From Octopus sinensis (Eukaryota), in assembly GCF_006345805.1 (NCBI RefSeq), contig NC_043003.1, forward strand, positions 15,562,001 to 15,626,000: DNA of 64,000 nt, read 5' to 3'. This document shows, one piece after another, positions 39,760-54,106 of the stretch. The notes under the pieces were generated by a model, which worked only from the letters and a program-made list of their open reading frames with translations, was not told the origin of the DNA and did no database searches. The position numbers were made by a program, and so were the translations under genes. How positions within the stretch are numbered: position 1 is the stretch's first letter; every line of letters starts with the position of its first letter.

Positions 39760-40400
39760 ATTGATTTCGTATATCTGAAGTGTTGGAGTGAAATGGCTAG
39801 AAGAAATGTATGGCCAATTAATGAATACAGAATATAAAATTTCGATGAGCTGCAGAGAGGGAAATGCAAAAACAAATTGCTAACCCATGTAAATTGAAGT
39901 AGGAAATTGAATGAAGCAAAGGTTGTGTGACAAATCGCAATTAAGTAGAATTATTTAAGGTTCGGCTGAAACGAAGTTGTGTGTAATACGGAGATGAGTT
40001 AGGGATTGAATATTATGATGCTTGGAAAAAGACAAGTTGTTTTGTATGTCATATGTTGTTTTGTATGTTAGAAAAAGGATTTTAGCACAAGAATATTTTG
40101 AAAGACCCTTATTATTAAGCTAGATTTCTTGCGCTGCATGGAATTTACATTATGCTAAAATCATTTTTCTGACAATGGTAGTATCACCTACACGCTCAGG
40201 CTGATAAGGCAGAGACTTGGTATAACAAAAATGGAATGGTGGTTAGAGGCCGAGAGAAAGATGGAGAAAGACTTGGTTTTACAGGATGTGGAAAAAGGAA
40301 AAGGATGCTTCAAGAATCCGGAAGGCAGTAAAACAGAGCCAACAGGATCAGTGGACGGACATAGGAAGGTGTTACCGCCATTTTCGGAAAAATAATTTTA
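39760..40400 (+). mobile_element. Possible highly decayed RTE-like LINE relic
   Basis: Faint DFVYL.., YGSAET-like and IRQRLGI motifs only. Confidence 0.3.
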
Positions 40401-41631
40401 GCATATAGGAAATTCTATGCAGTGCCAGCAACCTAGCTGAATGATAAGGATCTTCCAGAATATTCTGGTATTAGTCTTAAATTTAGCAGCGAGCGGCCAT
40501 TATTGCAAATAGAAGTCAACTTTAAGAGCCCCCTTTAGGATTTCATATAAGTTTGAAATTGCAAGGTTTATTCACTGCTATTATTGCAGGTTTAGAAGTA
40601 AACCTCTAACGTAGAGTGAGACCCTACTTAACTAGAAGTAGATTATCCTTCAGCATTTTTAGCATTAAGTAGATTCGAGATCGCTATAAGTTGTTTCACA
40701 TTATCTAGCCCGAACGTTAAGTCGGAGAGCTCGATTAATACTCACAAATCATAGAAAACCATTTCAGCTGCACAAAAGTTTGATATCTTGAAAACTATGA
40801 AACAAATATTCATCACATGAAGGTAAATTGCGTACATATATTGAACCTAATAATTTAGTAAAGTTTAAAAAGAAGCGGTCGTTTGTAATCCAGAAATATA
40901 TACGTTTATCTTTTATATCAAAAGAATTACTGACAATGCATATCGGATGCTTGCTTATTCCTCTATTGAAAACATATGAAAATAAATCTAACAACTATAA
41001 GAAAAGTAACAATCATCTACCTCACTTTTTATGGACAATAGTAACACTTACCGCAACGACTACATGAGTAACAACACCGTAATAAAAGCAGCAAAAATAT
41101 CTTAATGTATTTATCGTATGTGAGGAAATTTTGCAACTCGAAACTCTATAATTCATATCGAAGTTGGTTGAAACCGATGAAACTATCAATCAATTTGACA
41201 TTCTGTTGATTTTTCCTCGTTGGTGCGAACAAAGACGTCGCAATAACACAAGAAATTGCTTATGTTGTCTGAATTTCTGATAATGCCTAATGAGAAACAT
41301 TTAATACAGTCGTCAGTAATGGCGACGGCAAGAAAGATAGCTAAATCGCTGGTGACACAGAAGACGATGTCGACGGGGATACAATATAGTCATGATACTT
41401 CCGCCGTTGCTACTGATTCGTAAGATGATAATGATGACGACGACGATAATCATATCTAAAATAGAATTTGACTCCCTATTTCACGAACAATTTCGCTTAT
41501 CAATAATATATCTTATCGACCTGCAGTGCCAATCGGAATCAAATCATCAGCGATGTGTGTGTTTGTGTACGCGTATCTGTGAGTACTTATTCTTACTATG
41601 TGTATGCATTTATCCGTTCGTGATCGCTTCA

Positions 41632-41634
41632 TTA

Positions 41635-41685
<51 letters not shown>

Positions 41686-42065
41686 TCATCCATCCATCTA
41701 TCTATCTATCTATTCATCCATCCATCTATCTATTCATCCATCCATCTATCTATCCATCTGTCTATCTATATATCTATCTATCTATTCATCCATCCATCTG
41801 TCTATCTATCTATCTATCTATCTATTCATCCATCCATCTGTCTATCTATCTGTCTATCTATCCATCCATCTGTCTATCCATCCATCCATCTGTCTATCCA
41901 TCTATCCACCTATCTATCCATCTGTTTATCCATCCATCTGTTTATCCATCCATCTATCCATCCATCCATCTGTTTATCCATCCATCTATCCATCCATCCA
42001 TCCATCCATCCATCCATCTATCTATCTATCTATCTATCTGCTTGTCTGTCTGTCTGTCTATCTAT
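41632..42065. repeat. (TCTA)n/(TCCA)n microsatellite
   Basis: Direct inspection; a similar tract lies at 61720-62075. Confidence 0.95.
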
Positions 42066-42422
42066 CATATATAGGGATATCAGAATTACGCTTATTGTAC
42101 AGCATTTACGTATACAAAGTGGAATTGTATCACACTTAAACTGCATGAATACATTCAAAATTTAGTGTCTGTGTTGTGGATGTGTGTTTGTAAATGTGGG
42201 CGTATCTTCGCGTGCTGGTTGGTTTGCATTCTGACTACAATGATGACGAAATACCAAACTCGAAAATGACGCACAGAAAGAAAAAAAAAGTAAGTTGTGG
42301 AAAGGAGAGAGGGGGAGGGAGGTTGGAGAGTAGACTCTCATAAATAGAGGCGGAAAATGAAACCAAATTAACAAATAAATGCAACAGCAATAATGACGAA
42401 GATATCAAAATATATATTATAT

Positions 42423-42472
<50 letters not shown>

Positions 42473-42492
42473 GTATATATACCTATACGCAT

Positions 42493-42898
42493 ACTCTTTT
42501 ACTTGTATCAGACATTGGACTGTGGCCATGCTGGAGCACCGCCTGTAGTCGAGCAAATCGATCCCAGGACTTAGACTTATGCTTTGTAAGCCTAGTACAT
42601 ATTCTATCGGTCTCTCTTACCGAACCGCTAGATTACGGGGACGTAAACACACCACCATCGGTTGTCAAGCGATGTTGGGAGGACAAACACAGACACAAAA
42701 ACATATACACCTACACATACATATATATATATACATATATACGACGGGCTTCTTTAAGTTTCCGTCTACCAAATCCACTCACAAAGCTTTGGTCGGCTAT
42801 AGTAGAAGACATTTGTCTAAGGTGCCATGCAGTGGGACTGAACTCGGAACCATGTGGTTGGTAAGCAAGTTACTTACCACACACCCACTCGTACGCCT
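42493..42898 (-). mobile_element. SINE family B
   Basis: Full-length consensus match. Confidence 0.9.
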
Positions 42899-42974
42899 AT
42901 AGAAATTCCGCCAGAACTTGCTTGACAACCTAATATATAGTAGAAAAACTAGATTCAAAGGATAAAATTACCAT

Positions 42975-43046
42975 TGCGTCGGCCGGAAGTTGAACACGGA
43001 TCGACTGCTTGGAAGGCAACCATGCTAACCGTTACACCACCGACAT
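42975..43046 (-). pseudogene. tRNA-Gly(TCC) pseudogene or divergent gene
   Basis: 72 nt ATGTCGGTGGTGTAACGGTTAGCATGGTTGCCTTCCAAGCAGTCGATCCGTGTTCAACTTCCGGCCGACGCA; mismatches in the acceptor and T stems. Confidence 0.8.
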
Positions 43047-43056
43047 ATATGTTCCA

Positions 43057-43313
43057 CGTCCTCTATCCTGCAAAGGGAGATAATTCCCCGATGAAGCGGA
43101 AACCACACACGGACCTAGGTTTCAAAGTGTTTGCCTATTATCAACGTGTGGTAGGCAACGCTTCCTCGACGAACAACTCACTCTGCAGGATATTTATATA
43201 TAGATTTTCAAGCAAAATACATTTGCTGATTTCGAAAATCTATTCGACAGCAATAATAATTCTCTAATAATAATTCTCAATAATAATTATCTCCCTTTGC
43301 AGGATAGAGGACG
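43057..43313. mobile_element. MITE-like element with perfect 29-bp TIRs
   Basis: cgtcctctatcctgcaaagggagataatt at 43057-85 and its exact reverse complement at 43285-313; no TSD evident. Confidence 0.75.
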
Positions 43314-43491
43314 CCGTGATGGTGTCAAGCCTATCTGGCGACGTTGATGTTCGCCTGGGGCTAAATGCAACAGTAACACCCCCACCACCCTGCCCTGTCC
43401 CTAGCCATATTCAGATGGCTTTAGTCCCTTATGTTATGGAGCAGTTACTGTCCATATCTCATTTAGAGAATTATTATTGCTATATATATAT

Positions 43492-43553
<62 letters not shown>

Positions 43554-44363
43554 ACATGCATACACATACATACATATAGATAAACACAAATATATTTGTC
43601 TGAGGAGGAAGAATAGAAAATATATGTTTAGCGGTTAGGATGTTATTGTCAAACAATTTCTTCAGTCGTCTTTAATGGTTTAAATTCGGTACTGGGGGGA
43701 GGGATTAAATATTTTACGAAACTTATGGCAAAGCAGTAAAATTTCAGATTAAAAGACTCAAAGAGAAACACTTGGAATTAAGCAATTTTTCCCTGTTGCT
43801 TAGTTTTACATCATAAAATTTCTTTCAAGTAGGCATTGCGATATTGGAAATTTTATTATGCATCAGGTTATATTAAACGCACACTGATGCATATACAACC
43901 TTACATATATCTACCTACACATATATGTATATATATGTGTGTGTGTGTGTGTTTGAGGCGGGGGGAGGGACATGTGTATGTAAACAGGTATAATTGAATA
44001 TTGAAATCTTCCTCACACTCACCCCAACATATGTACAACAGTTTTCCAATATACCATTGCCTACTTAAAATAATTCTATGGTGTAACGTTAGACACACAG
44101 TGACCAGATTGCTTAGTTGCTCGGCGTTTTAAAAAAATCTAAAATGCTAGTTTCATTGCAATAACTTTGCACAAACACACACATGCATCTCGTTCATATA
44201 CATACATACATATATACATACATATATAAATATAAATATATATATATATATGTATGTGTGTGTGTATGTATATATATATGTGTGTGTGTATATATATATG
44301 TATATGTATATATATATATGTGTATATATGTATATATATATATGTATATATATATGTATATAT

Positions 44364-44413
<50 letters not shown>

Positions 44414-44488
44414 GCATATATATGTATATGTATATATATATGTATATATATATATATATGCTTACATCGAAGGACAGATACACACACA

Positions 44489-44520
<32 letters not shown>

Positions 44521-44817
44521 ACACACACACACATATGCATGCAGTACATAACCACCAAATTTACATGGCTTCCACGAAAGGAGAGAAGGTGATCAAATTT
44601 ACTGGAACGAATATTACACGGTATCATTATTCGAGGCTAAAAAGAAAAGCAACGTTTTACTTTTACATCAATAAAGAGGTAGAACTACAAAGAATGACGC
44701 AAAAACCCGATGAATATAATAATGCTTTTATGGTTATTATGAAACACCAATGACAAAATGATAAAAGAAAAAAAGCATGCACATATATTTTTGTGTCGGT
44801 AATTTAGGAACAATATC

Positions 44818-45930
44818 GCGGCGGGCTGGCAGAATCGTTAGCACGTCGGGCGAAATGCTTAGCGGTATTTCGGCTGCCGTTACGTTGTGAGTTCAAATTC
44901 CGCCGAGGTCGACTTTGCCTTTCATCCTTTCGGGGTCGATAAATTAAGTACCTATTTCTTTACTACCCACAAGGGGCTAAACAAAGAGAGGACAAACAAT
45001 GATGGACAAAGGGATTAAGTCGATCATATCGACCCCAGTGCGTAACTGGTACTTATTTAATCGACCCCGAAAGGATGAAAGGCAAAGTCGACCTCGGCGG
45101 AATTTGAACTCAGAACGTAGCGACAGATGAAATACTGATGAGCATTTCGCCCGACGTGCTAACGATTCTGCCAGCTCGCCGCCTCGATAAATTAAGTACC
45201 AGTTAAGCACTGGGGTCAATATGATCGACTTAATACCTATGTCTGTCCTTGTTCGTCCCCTCTGTGTTTAGCCCCTTGTGGGTAATAAAGAAATAGGTAT
45301 TTCGTCTGCCGTTACGTTCTGAGTTCAAATTCCGCAGAGGTCAACTTTGCCTTTCATCTTTTCGGGGTGGATTAAATAAGTACCAGTTACGCACTGGGGT
45401 CGATATAATCGACTTAATCCGTTTGTCTGTCCTTGTTTGTCTCCTCTATGTTTAGCCCCTTGCGGGTAGTAAAGAAATAGGTAATTTAGGAATAAAAGTA
45501 CGTATAAATATAAAGTGAAGTACAAGGAATAAGAAAAATCAGGTTAAATTTATTGGATTCAAATTTTGGAACAAGGCCAGTAATTTCGGTCCCAGTGTCA
45601 TCTTGTACTTATTTTAGCGATTTTCGAATGATGAACTGCAAAGTCGGCCTCTACGGGATTTGAACTCAGAACGTAAAGACGGACGAAATACTTATTTCTA
45701 TTTCTTTACTACCCACAAGGAGCTAAACACATAGTGGACAAACAAGGACAGACAAACGGATTAAGTCGATTATATCGGCCCCAGTGCGTAACTGGTACTT
45801 ATTTAATCGACCCCGAAAGGATGAAAGGCAAAATCGACCACGGCGGAATTTGAACTCTGAACGTAGCGGCAGACGAAATACCGCTAAGCATTTCGCCCGG
45901 CGTGCTAACCTTTCTGCCAGCTCACCGCCT
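44818..45930. mobile_element. Nested SINE family A cluster (a plus copy interrupted by a minus copy, then further minus copies)
   Basis: TSD tcgataaattaagtac at 44936-51 and 45184-99. Confidence 0.9.
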
Positions 45931-46609
45931 TAACCATTCTAGCAATTTAAGCACAAGTTCAGCAGGTTTTTGGGAGGAGCTTAATCGATTAAATCGACCC
46001 CATTGTTTAACTGTCGCTTATTTTATCGACCCCGAAACGATGAATGACAAAGTCGGCTTCTGCGTGATTTGAACTCGGAATGTAAAGACGGACGAAATAC
46101 CACTAAGAACAGTTCGGCGTGCTAAAGATTCTGCCTGCTCGCAGCATTAAACAACTTAAACATTTTGCGATGCGATATAACGTCAACATTATCAATTCTG
46201 GATAATATTACACTCTTGAGTCTCGGGACTCAAAAGGCCGGTTATCCGGTTTCCGTGGCCTGGAAGTGACTGAGATCCCCACAGTGTCCCTGGAAGGGAC
46301 GTTAGTCTTTCGCAGATTACTCACTTACTGCTAAGTGGACTGGAACAAAGTGAAACGAAGTGTTTTGCTCAAGAACACACTGCACTGTCTTACTTGAGAA
46401 TCAAAACCATGATTTTTCCAATCGTGAGCGCGACGGCATAACAACTAGACCACGCGCTTTTATATAACGGCGTTTAATTTCAAAATCAATTGAAACAAAC
46501 TTTATTTGTTCTTTGGTGGGGTGGGGTAGGGGGTTCTTTCAACTATACGCAGGCAGTGAAAGTCCTGAAATATTTTGCCAGCATTTCGACAGCATTAGCT
46601 GTGTGTCTC

Positions 46610-46651
<42 letters not shown>

Positions 46652-46998
46652 TAAGAGAAGAGCATTATCGCTGTGAAAACAACATCCATTCATGAATTTA
46701 TTTATTTATTAATTTTTTTAAATACATATTTTTCCTGTGAATTTGCGTGTGAAATGCATACAATGAGCTTCTCTGCTCTAGGTGTACGGAAAACACTCGG
46801 CGAGAAATGGAAGAAAATTTGAAGAAAGAAGGAAAAAATAACAATGGGTTCAAATTTAGACCGAGTCCAGCAGCTTCGAGGGAGTGGGTACGTCGATTAC
46901 ATCAGCTCCAGTGCTCAACTGGTACTTATTTTATCGTTTCCTAAAGAATGAAAACATAGTCGACAATCAATTTTGTTTTAAGTTCAGACAAAATCTTC

Positions 46999-47033
<35 letters not shown>

Positions 47034-47910
47034 TTATGTCGTCTAGTATTTTAATTTACCGATCCCGAACAACTGAGACGCAAAGGTAACTTGAAAGAAA
47101 TTGAAGTACGGAAGAAATGCCGCTAAGCATTTTGTCCGACATTAATAATGATAATATACGTGAATAAAGAATGAAACTGATTTTCATGATGTTACGATCG
47201 TTTCCATGAGATTAGTTATTTATTATTTAATTGAACGTTACAATAAACAAAGTTTGTGTAATGTTGCATAATACTAAAACAAAATATCCATGTAATTTCG
47301 TCAGATGTCGTGTTGGAGTATCGATTGAGAAATACGTGAGAAAATATTATTGGAGATGAGGGAACTTAAACATATCGACTGCACAAGAAACGCTTAATTC
47401 TGAATTCAGCCAGTCAACGCACTTATCTACTGGGGTACTTATGAATAGCATTTCAAGTAATAAATTATGTCACCTTGTAGTTAGTTGTCACTTGAGTATT
47501 CACCGAGTAAATAAAACAAAAAATTGTAGACGTTTAATCGACGTCAGAGTAAATAAATCAATGGAAGTAAAAAATAGTTTGTGCGGCTATATGTGAGTGT
47601 GTATGCATACGTATTTTATATGTACAGTGTAACCACGGCTGACGAACACCTCTCACCATGAACAAATCGGTTTACGAACATTATTTTAAACATAAAACAT
47701 CTTAGGTAATGCACAGCGTTTCGAGTGACGAACGCAAGGGTTCGCGACAAACTGGGAGTATCTGGGTGAAAGGGAGAGCCAGTTGTTGTGTAGCTTTCGC
47801 TCAGTATACATCCGTGCTTGAATTCATCGAGTCTTCTCTTTATATATCTAATTGTAGCATGTACATATGCATACGTTTACACATGTATATATGAGTATAT
47901 ACGTGCGGAT

Positions 47911-47941
<31 letters not shown>

Positions 47942-48057
47942 TATGTGTGTGTGTGTGTGTGTGTGGTGTGTGTATATATATGTATATACATATAAATATG
48001 CACATATATATATATACATATGCATACATACATACATGCAAACACACACATATATAT

Positions 48058-48712
48058 AAAATATGCACATGTATTAGAATTTTCTCTGATTTTTCAGATT
48101 TTTTGTATGCTAGGCTACTGGTTTTAAATTGATATTAATTAAATTAATATTCAATTTATCTCCCTCATTATTTAAATGTTAAAATAAATATGTTCTCTAA
48201 TAGGCAGCATTAACTGCAGTAAATTATTTGCTGCAGTTTTTGTTTCCGGAATTTAGCGCGCCAGAACTCAAACATTTGAAATTAATCCCAATGTAATCGG
48301 TGGAACTAAGCACGTGTCTGTTTTTATACGGAAAACTGGTGGTTAGTTTTTACAAATTATATTGCTTTTGGAACGATCGTACTGATAAGTCCTACGAACG
48401 AACGATTACGTAAGTGATTTATTCGTTAATAGGCGAAACCGGTTTGCGATTAATTCTTGTTTTTTATATAATTTTCATCTGTCTTGCCCGCCTATTGTTC
48501 TGGTGTCCGATGAAGTTTTCTCTAGAGAACATTGTTTCTTTGTAGTTTGATCGTAGGTGATCTATTTCTAGCATATGGCTGTCCACATAAGGTTTTAGTC
48601 CTTAAAATATACACATGTATTAGAATTTTCTCTGATTTTTCAGATTTTTGTATGCTAGGCTACTGGTTTTAAATTGATATTAATTAAATTAATATTCAAT
48701 TTATCTCCCTCA

Positions 48713-48718
<6 letters not shown>
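48058..48718 (+). mobile_element. (TA)n-flanked element with about 115-bp terminal direct repeats and an internal hammerhead relic
   Basis: 48058-48174 is repeated at 48604-48718; a divergent homologue lies at about 25840-26300 and a shared end at 8610-8680. Confidence 0.65.
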
Positions 48719-48757
<39 letters not shown>

Positions 48758-49584
48758 CATATACATATCCATATATACATACACACACATATATATATAA
48801 TATATAAATTAGAGTACCAATTACGCACTATTGTCGATGAAATCAACTATCCCCCTCCGTCAAATTTCAGGTCTTGTGCCTATAGTAGAAAATAATTTCG
48901 CTACTTCTATAGAACTCCATTTATTTTATTTGTTGAGAAAAGCCAACTTGGCATAAACAATATTTCGGAATCAGCCGATTATTCAATAACATTTTTATAT
49001 AATCAGTGAAAATGGCACAAAGAAGAAATACGTATTTCTCTCTGGTGAATCTATATTGCAATCCACCAATCGTCCTTGACCCGAATATGACACATGTGAT
49101 CCTAAGCCATTTGCATAACTAACTGACATACTGTTACACTGCAAATATTCAACAAAAGCAACCCTGTTATTAGCCAATGTTTTCAACATATTTCTAATTA
49201 ATTTTCATGTCTCTGAATGCTTGTATCAAATAACCAGTCAGTGGTTGATATTCCATCATGTCAAAGAAGAGAATTATTTCCTTCCAAGACAAATCATTTC
49301 CATATTGTATTACTTTACCAGGAATTGTGTCAGCAGAGCGTTATTTGACATAAAATGTGAAATCATACATTTGACTACATGTTCGCATAAAAGTACACAC
49401 ACACACACACACACATAAAGCTTTCATAGAGAAGGCCATGTGTGTATAAATGTGTGTATATACATACTCAAATATATATGTATACTTATATTTACACATA
49501 TAGTCATACACACACATACACACAAACACTCACATATGTATATAAATATATAAACACGCACACAAATGTACATACATAATGTAT

Positions 49585-49618
<34 letters not shown>

Positions 49619-49890
49619 TAGAAAAAAAAAACACTTTTATCAATTCAACAATGAAAAAATTAAATTATAGCATATAGAAAAAAATTACATCCTATGGAAA
49701 AAATTAGATATAAGAGAAAAACGTATACCAATGATTAAGTAATGTGCAAAATAATAAATAAAACGTATATATATATATATATAATATATATATCTTATAT
49801 TTTGCGAAATTTGATTTGGTATTTCTAAGTTGAATTTTCCCTGTAAGTTTGGAATAATATTCCCTAATACTATTATTATTATTATTATTT

Positions 49891-49921
<31 letters not shown>

Positions 49922-51296
49922 TATTATATATATATATATATATACACGTACACATGTACGTATACTTACGTATATATGTACCTGGATATGTATAAATATA
50001 TTCATTTTTATGCATACACACACACAAACGTGTATATATATATATATGTCAGTAGGTTTATATCTCGACACAGTGTGAGTGCTTGTGTGTGCTTGTACAG
50101 GATGGTCAAAACATGAGGGCGTATATGCGGGTGCAACAAATATTCATAAACTGTAATTTTAAAACATATTCAAGTATATTTACATATACGCAAATATGTG
50201 CGCGTATCGTGAGTACTTTAATATTCGTTATTTAGAAACCGTTGTTTCTGTACACAATATATTTAGGTATTGCGTTTGATAAAAAATATTCTCGATCCTC
50301 AGTTCTAGTCTGCAATGAGTGTTAAAACCCCTCTTCGAGATTCTATTCCCCATTAATCGCATTCATATTATACACGATACATGATTTGATTCTGATGGTT
50401 CTTTTTAGCCTCTAATTTCTCCACGTTTAAAACGCTTGGCTTTTCGTATTCAAATCAAAAATAAAATCTTAAATTTCTCACTGAATTTTACTCTTTCAGT
50501 AATCTCAGGATTCAACGCAATTTCCTTTCCCCTCCAAATGTGTGATTTTAATTAATTTAATGAATGGATTAATGAATGAATTCTTTTACGTTGTTGAACA
50601 ACATGCTCTGATGACTTGTGTGTAATGTCATTGAAATAAGCTTCTTCTACATTTTTTATCAATGTCAACACAAATATAATTTAAGACTGTCAAACTACGA
50701 CGATATTCCCAATTTAGCTTTAGCTATATAGTTTTTTGACCTGCGAAAATAGCAGCAACATATCCCTCAAATCATACCCTTGTCTTACATAATGTACTCC
50801 AAGCGGCGTTGTGTTTGCTATAAAAATTTGAAATTCTCACAGTGGAAATGGCTTTTTCCATAACCTGCTTATGAACAGTCAGAGTATATCGTGACTAAAC
50901 AATAACAACGATTTCATAAATAGATGTATACACAAATAACATACATTCGCATAGGATTTCCTACACCAAAATCATTATCATTCTAATGTTTCTCTTTATC
51001 GACTTATCCCGTCTCTTTTGCCAAACTGCTTTGTTACCTGAATGTAAACAAACCAACACCAACTGTCAAGTGATGGAGGGCACAAACACACATAAATATA
51101 CAAGTTTCTAGATAGATTCCACTCTCGAAATTTATTCGCAAGGTAATAGTCGACCCAAAGCTATAGTAAAAGACGCTTGCACATGATGCAGCGCAGTGGA
51201 ACTGTACGCAAAGCCTCGTGGTTGCGGGGCGAAGCAACAACAAGTTTAAAACCAAAGAGGTTTATGTCTGACTTCCTTAAAAAAAAAAACTGAAGC

Positions 51297-51700
51297 AGGC
51301 GCAGGAGTGGCTGTGTGGTAAGAAGCTTGCTTACCAACCACATGGTTCTGAGTTCAATCCCACTGCGTGGCACCTTGGGCAAGTGTCTTCTACTATAGCC
51401 TCGGGCCGACCAAAGCCTTGTGAGCGGATTTGGTAGGCGGAAACTGAAAGAAGCCCGTCGTGTATATGTATATGTATATATATTTGTGTGTTTCTGTGTC
51501 TGTGTTTGTCTCCCCAACATCGCTTGATAACCGATGCTGGTGTGTTTACGTCCCCGTAACCTAGTGGTTCGGGAAAAGGGACCGATATAATAAGTACTAG
51601 GCTTACAAAGAATAAGTCCTGGGGTCGATTTGCTCGACTAAAGGCGGTGCTCCAGCATGGCCGCAGTCAAATGACTGAAACAAGTAAAAGAGTAAAAGAG
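51297..51700 (+). mobile_element. SINE family B (a degenerate minus copy lies at about 51030-51240)
   Basis: Full-length consensus match. Confidence 0.9.
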
Positions 51701-52369
51701 TATATGAATCAGTGAGAAAGAGGGTTTCGACATAACGAAGTCTATGATCAAAGCCACTCTAGCCGTGGCCATTCAATCTGTTATTTCATTTTTGTTTTGT
51801 TTCAGATACAACATATCTAAGAGTACATAGCTATTAATATTTAAAATATTTCAATTAAGTTATGAAAACAATAAAATATAGGCGAACATTATAAAGACAA
51901 CAAACTACGTTGTAGCTACGAAGAAACCGTTGATGAAATTAGCAGGAAATTAGCGCAAATAATTGCAAGCAATCTTGATAGGAAACACTACGGCAGACAT
52001 TTTATTTATTATTTTTTTTGGCTAACGCTTCTTCATTACTGTAATAGTTTTATTTATGTAATAGTTTCTTTTTTAATGTAATAGTTTTTTTTTTAAGTAG
52101 TAGTAGTAGTTTGGAGGCGCAATGGTCGAGTGTTTAGGGCAGCGGACTCGAGGTCAGAGGATCGCGGACAAAATGTTTAGCGGCATTTCGTCCGTCTTTG
52201 CGTTCTGAGTTAAAATTCTGCCGTCGTTGTCGACTTTGCCGTTCATCATTTCGAGGCCGATAAAATATGTACCAGTTATGTATTGGAGTCGTTGTAATTG
52301 ACTTAGCACCTGCCCTCAAAATTTCAGGCCTTGTGCCTACAGCAGAAAGGAGTATATTATTTCGTGAAC

Positions 52370-52490
52370 AACAACAGCTACTACTACAACTACCACCACC
52401 ACCACCACCACTACTACCACCACTACTACTACTACCACCACCACTACCACCACCACTACTACTACCGCTACTACCACCACCACTACAACA

Positions 52491-52522
<32 letters not shown>

Positions 52523-52660
52523 CACTACCATCAAAACCACCACCGCCACCACCACTACTACTACACTACCACCACCACTACTACCACCACCACTACTACC
52601 ACCACTACTACTACCATCAAAACCACCACCGCCACCACTACTACTACATTTGCCATCCCC
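52370..52660. repeat. (CAC)n/(TAC)n trinucleotide tract
   Basis: Direct inspection. Confidence 0.95.
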
Positions 52661-54054
52661 ACAACCACCACCTCTTCTGCTTGTAGAAATTGTCGTACTA
52701 TGAAGTATGTGGCGGAGGTGGCCTACACGGAACAATAGAAGTACGTTGATAGACGTGACATGCCAAGTTCGATGCCTCTTGACAGCAACACCGTGGGTGT
52801 CCCCTTTAAATACACGAGATAAAACTACAAGAAATAAATAAAATACGTGTCAAAAAATAAAAAAATAAAAAAAACTGGAAAAAGAAGAGAAAGAAAATAA
52901 AACGAAAGGTAAAAGTCAACGATATAAAAATCCATATGAAATAAATTATGTAAATATCAAACAACACTAAACAAGTAAATGCGTAATGAATTATTAATTG
53001 GCTTAATAAAATAATCACCGCACCATTAACAGCCATTACCAATACTAATTTACGGTCGATAAAAGAAATAAAAAAAATTGACAGGAGCGGATCTTGAATA
53101 TTTTCATAATTTCCTGTCTATCTAACGGATCGATTGATGCGGAAGATCCACTCTGTCTCACTTACACTTTACATCCACATCGGTTTTCATGTTGAATATA
53201 CATACAGTTACCTCCTTTCTCTGTTATGCTGATCTATCACTTATTTCTGTCTGTCTGTCTGTCTTTCTATTTCTATTTCTTTCTCTCTATTTATTTCTTT
53301 ATATATATATATATATTATGAAAATTTCTCAAGGTTGTTAATGCGAGAGGAAAAGAGAGAGAGAAGGAGTGCGGAAATACGTGAAACAATTTCAAAAGTC
53401 TTTCTACAAGATCTTGTTCTCATCAGTTCTTTCGAAAGCAGGGGTTGAGGACGTAACCATCCACGGGAATTGATACAATTGACGGTATCACCTTTAATTT
53501 CAATTTGACAACTAACTTTTATGTAATCACAATAGGCTGGAGGTTGTTCGCTCACTAGTAATGAGGAGAAGGGCTCCATAAATATTTAGTAACGGAAGGT
53601 ATTCTTCTCTCTCTCTCTCTTACACTCGGCACATGTATTGATTCCTTCCAGCCAATTTCGTTGTTTACTTGCATATTATAACAGTTTGAAGAATATGTAT
53701 GCACACAAATGCATATATATATATATGTTTATAATATATATGTGTCTGTGTTTGTGTGTCTGTGTTTGTCATCCCAACATTGCTTGACAACCGATGCCGG
53801 TGTGTTTACGTCCCCGTAACTTACCGGTTCGGCAAAACGGACCGATAGAATAAGTACTAGGCTTACAAAGAATAAGTCCTGGGGGTCGATTTGCTCGACT
53901 AAAGGCGGTGCTCCAGCATAGCCGCAATCAAATGACTGAAACAAGTAAAAGAGTATACACATGTGTGTATATGTTCATACAAATGTATTATGTGCGTGTG
54001 TAATATATAAACATACACATATTTGTGTATATGTTCATACAAATATATTATATG

Positions 54055-54106
<52 letters not shown>

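Noticed and set aside
41392-42165. 257-aa ORF (YLSI/HPSI repeats)
   Set aside because: Translation of a (TCTA)/(TCCA) tract; the same applies to 61497..62084.
52267-52738. Poly-P/H/T/V ORFs
   Set aside because: A trinucleotide repeat open in several frames, with no splice or domain support.
53395-53432. CTGATGA...GAAA on the minus strand
   Set aside because: Helices I and III are not supported; probably chance.
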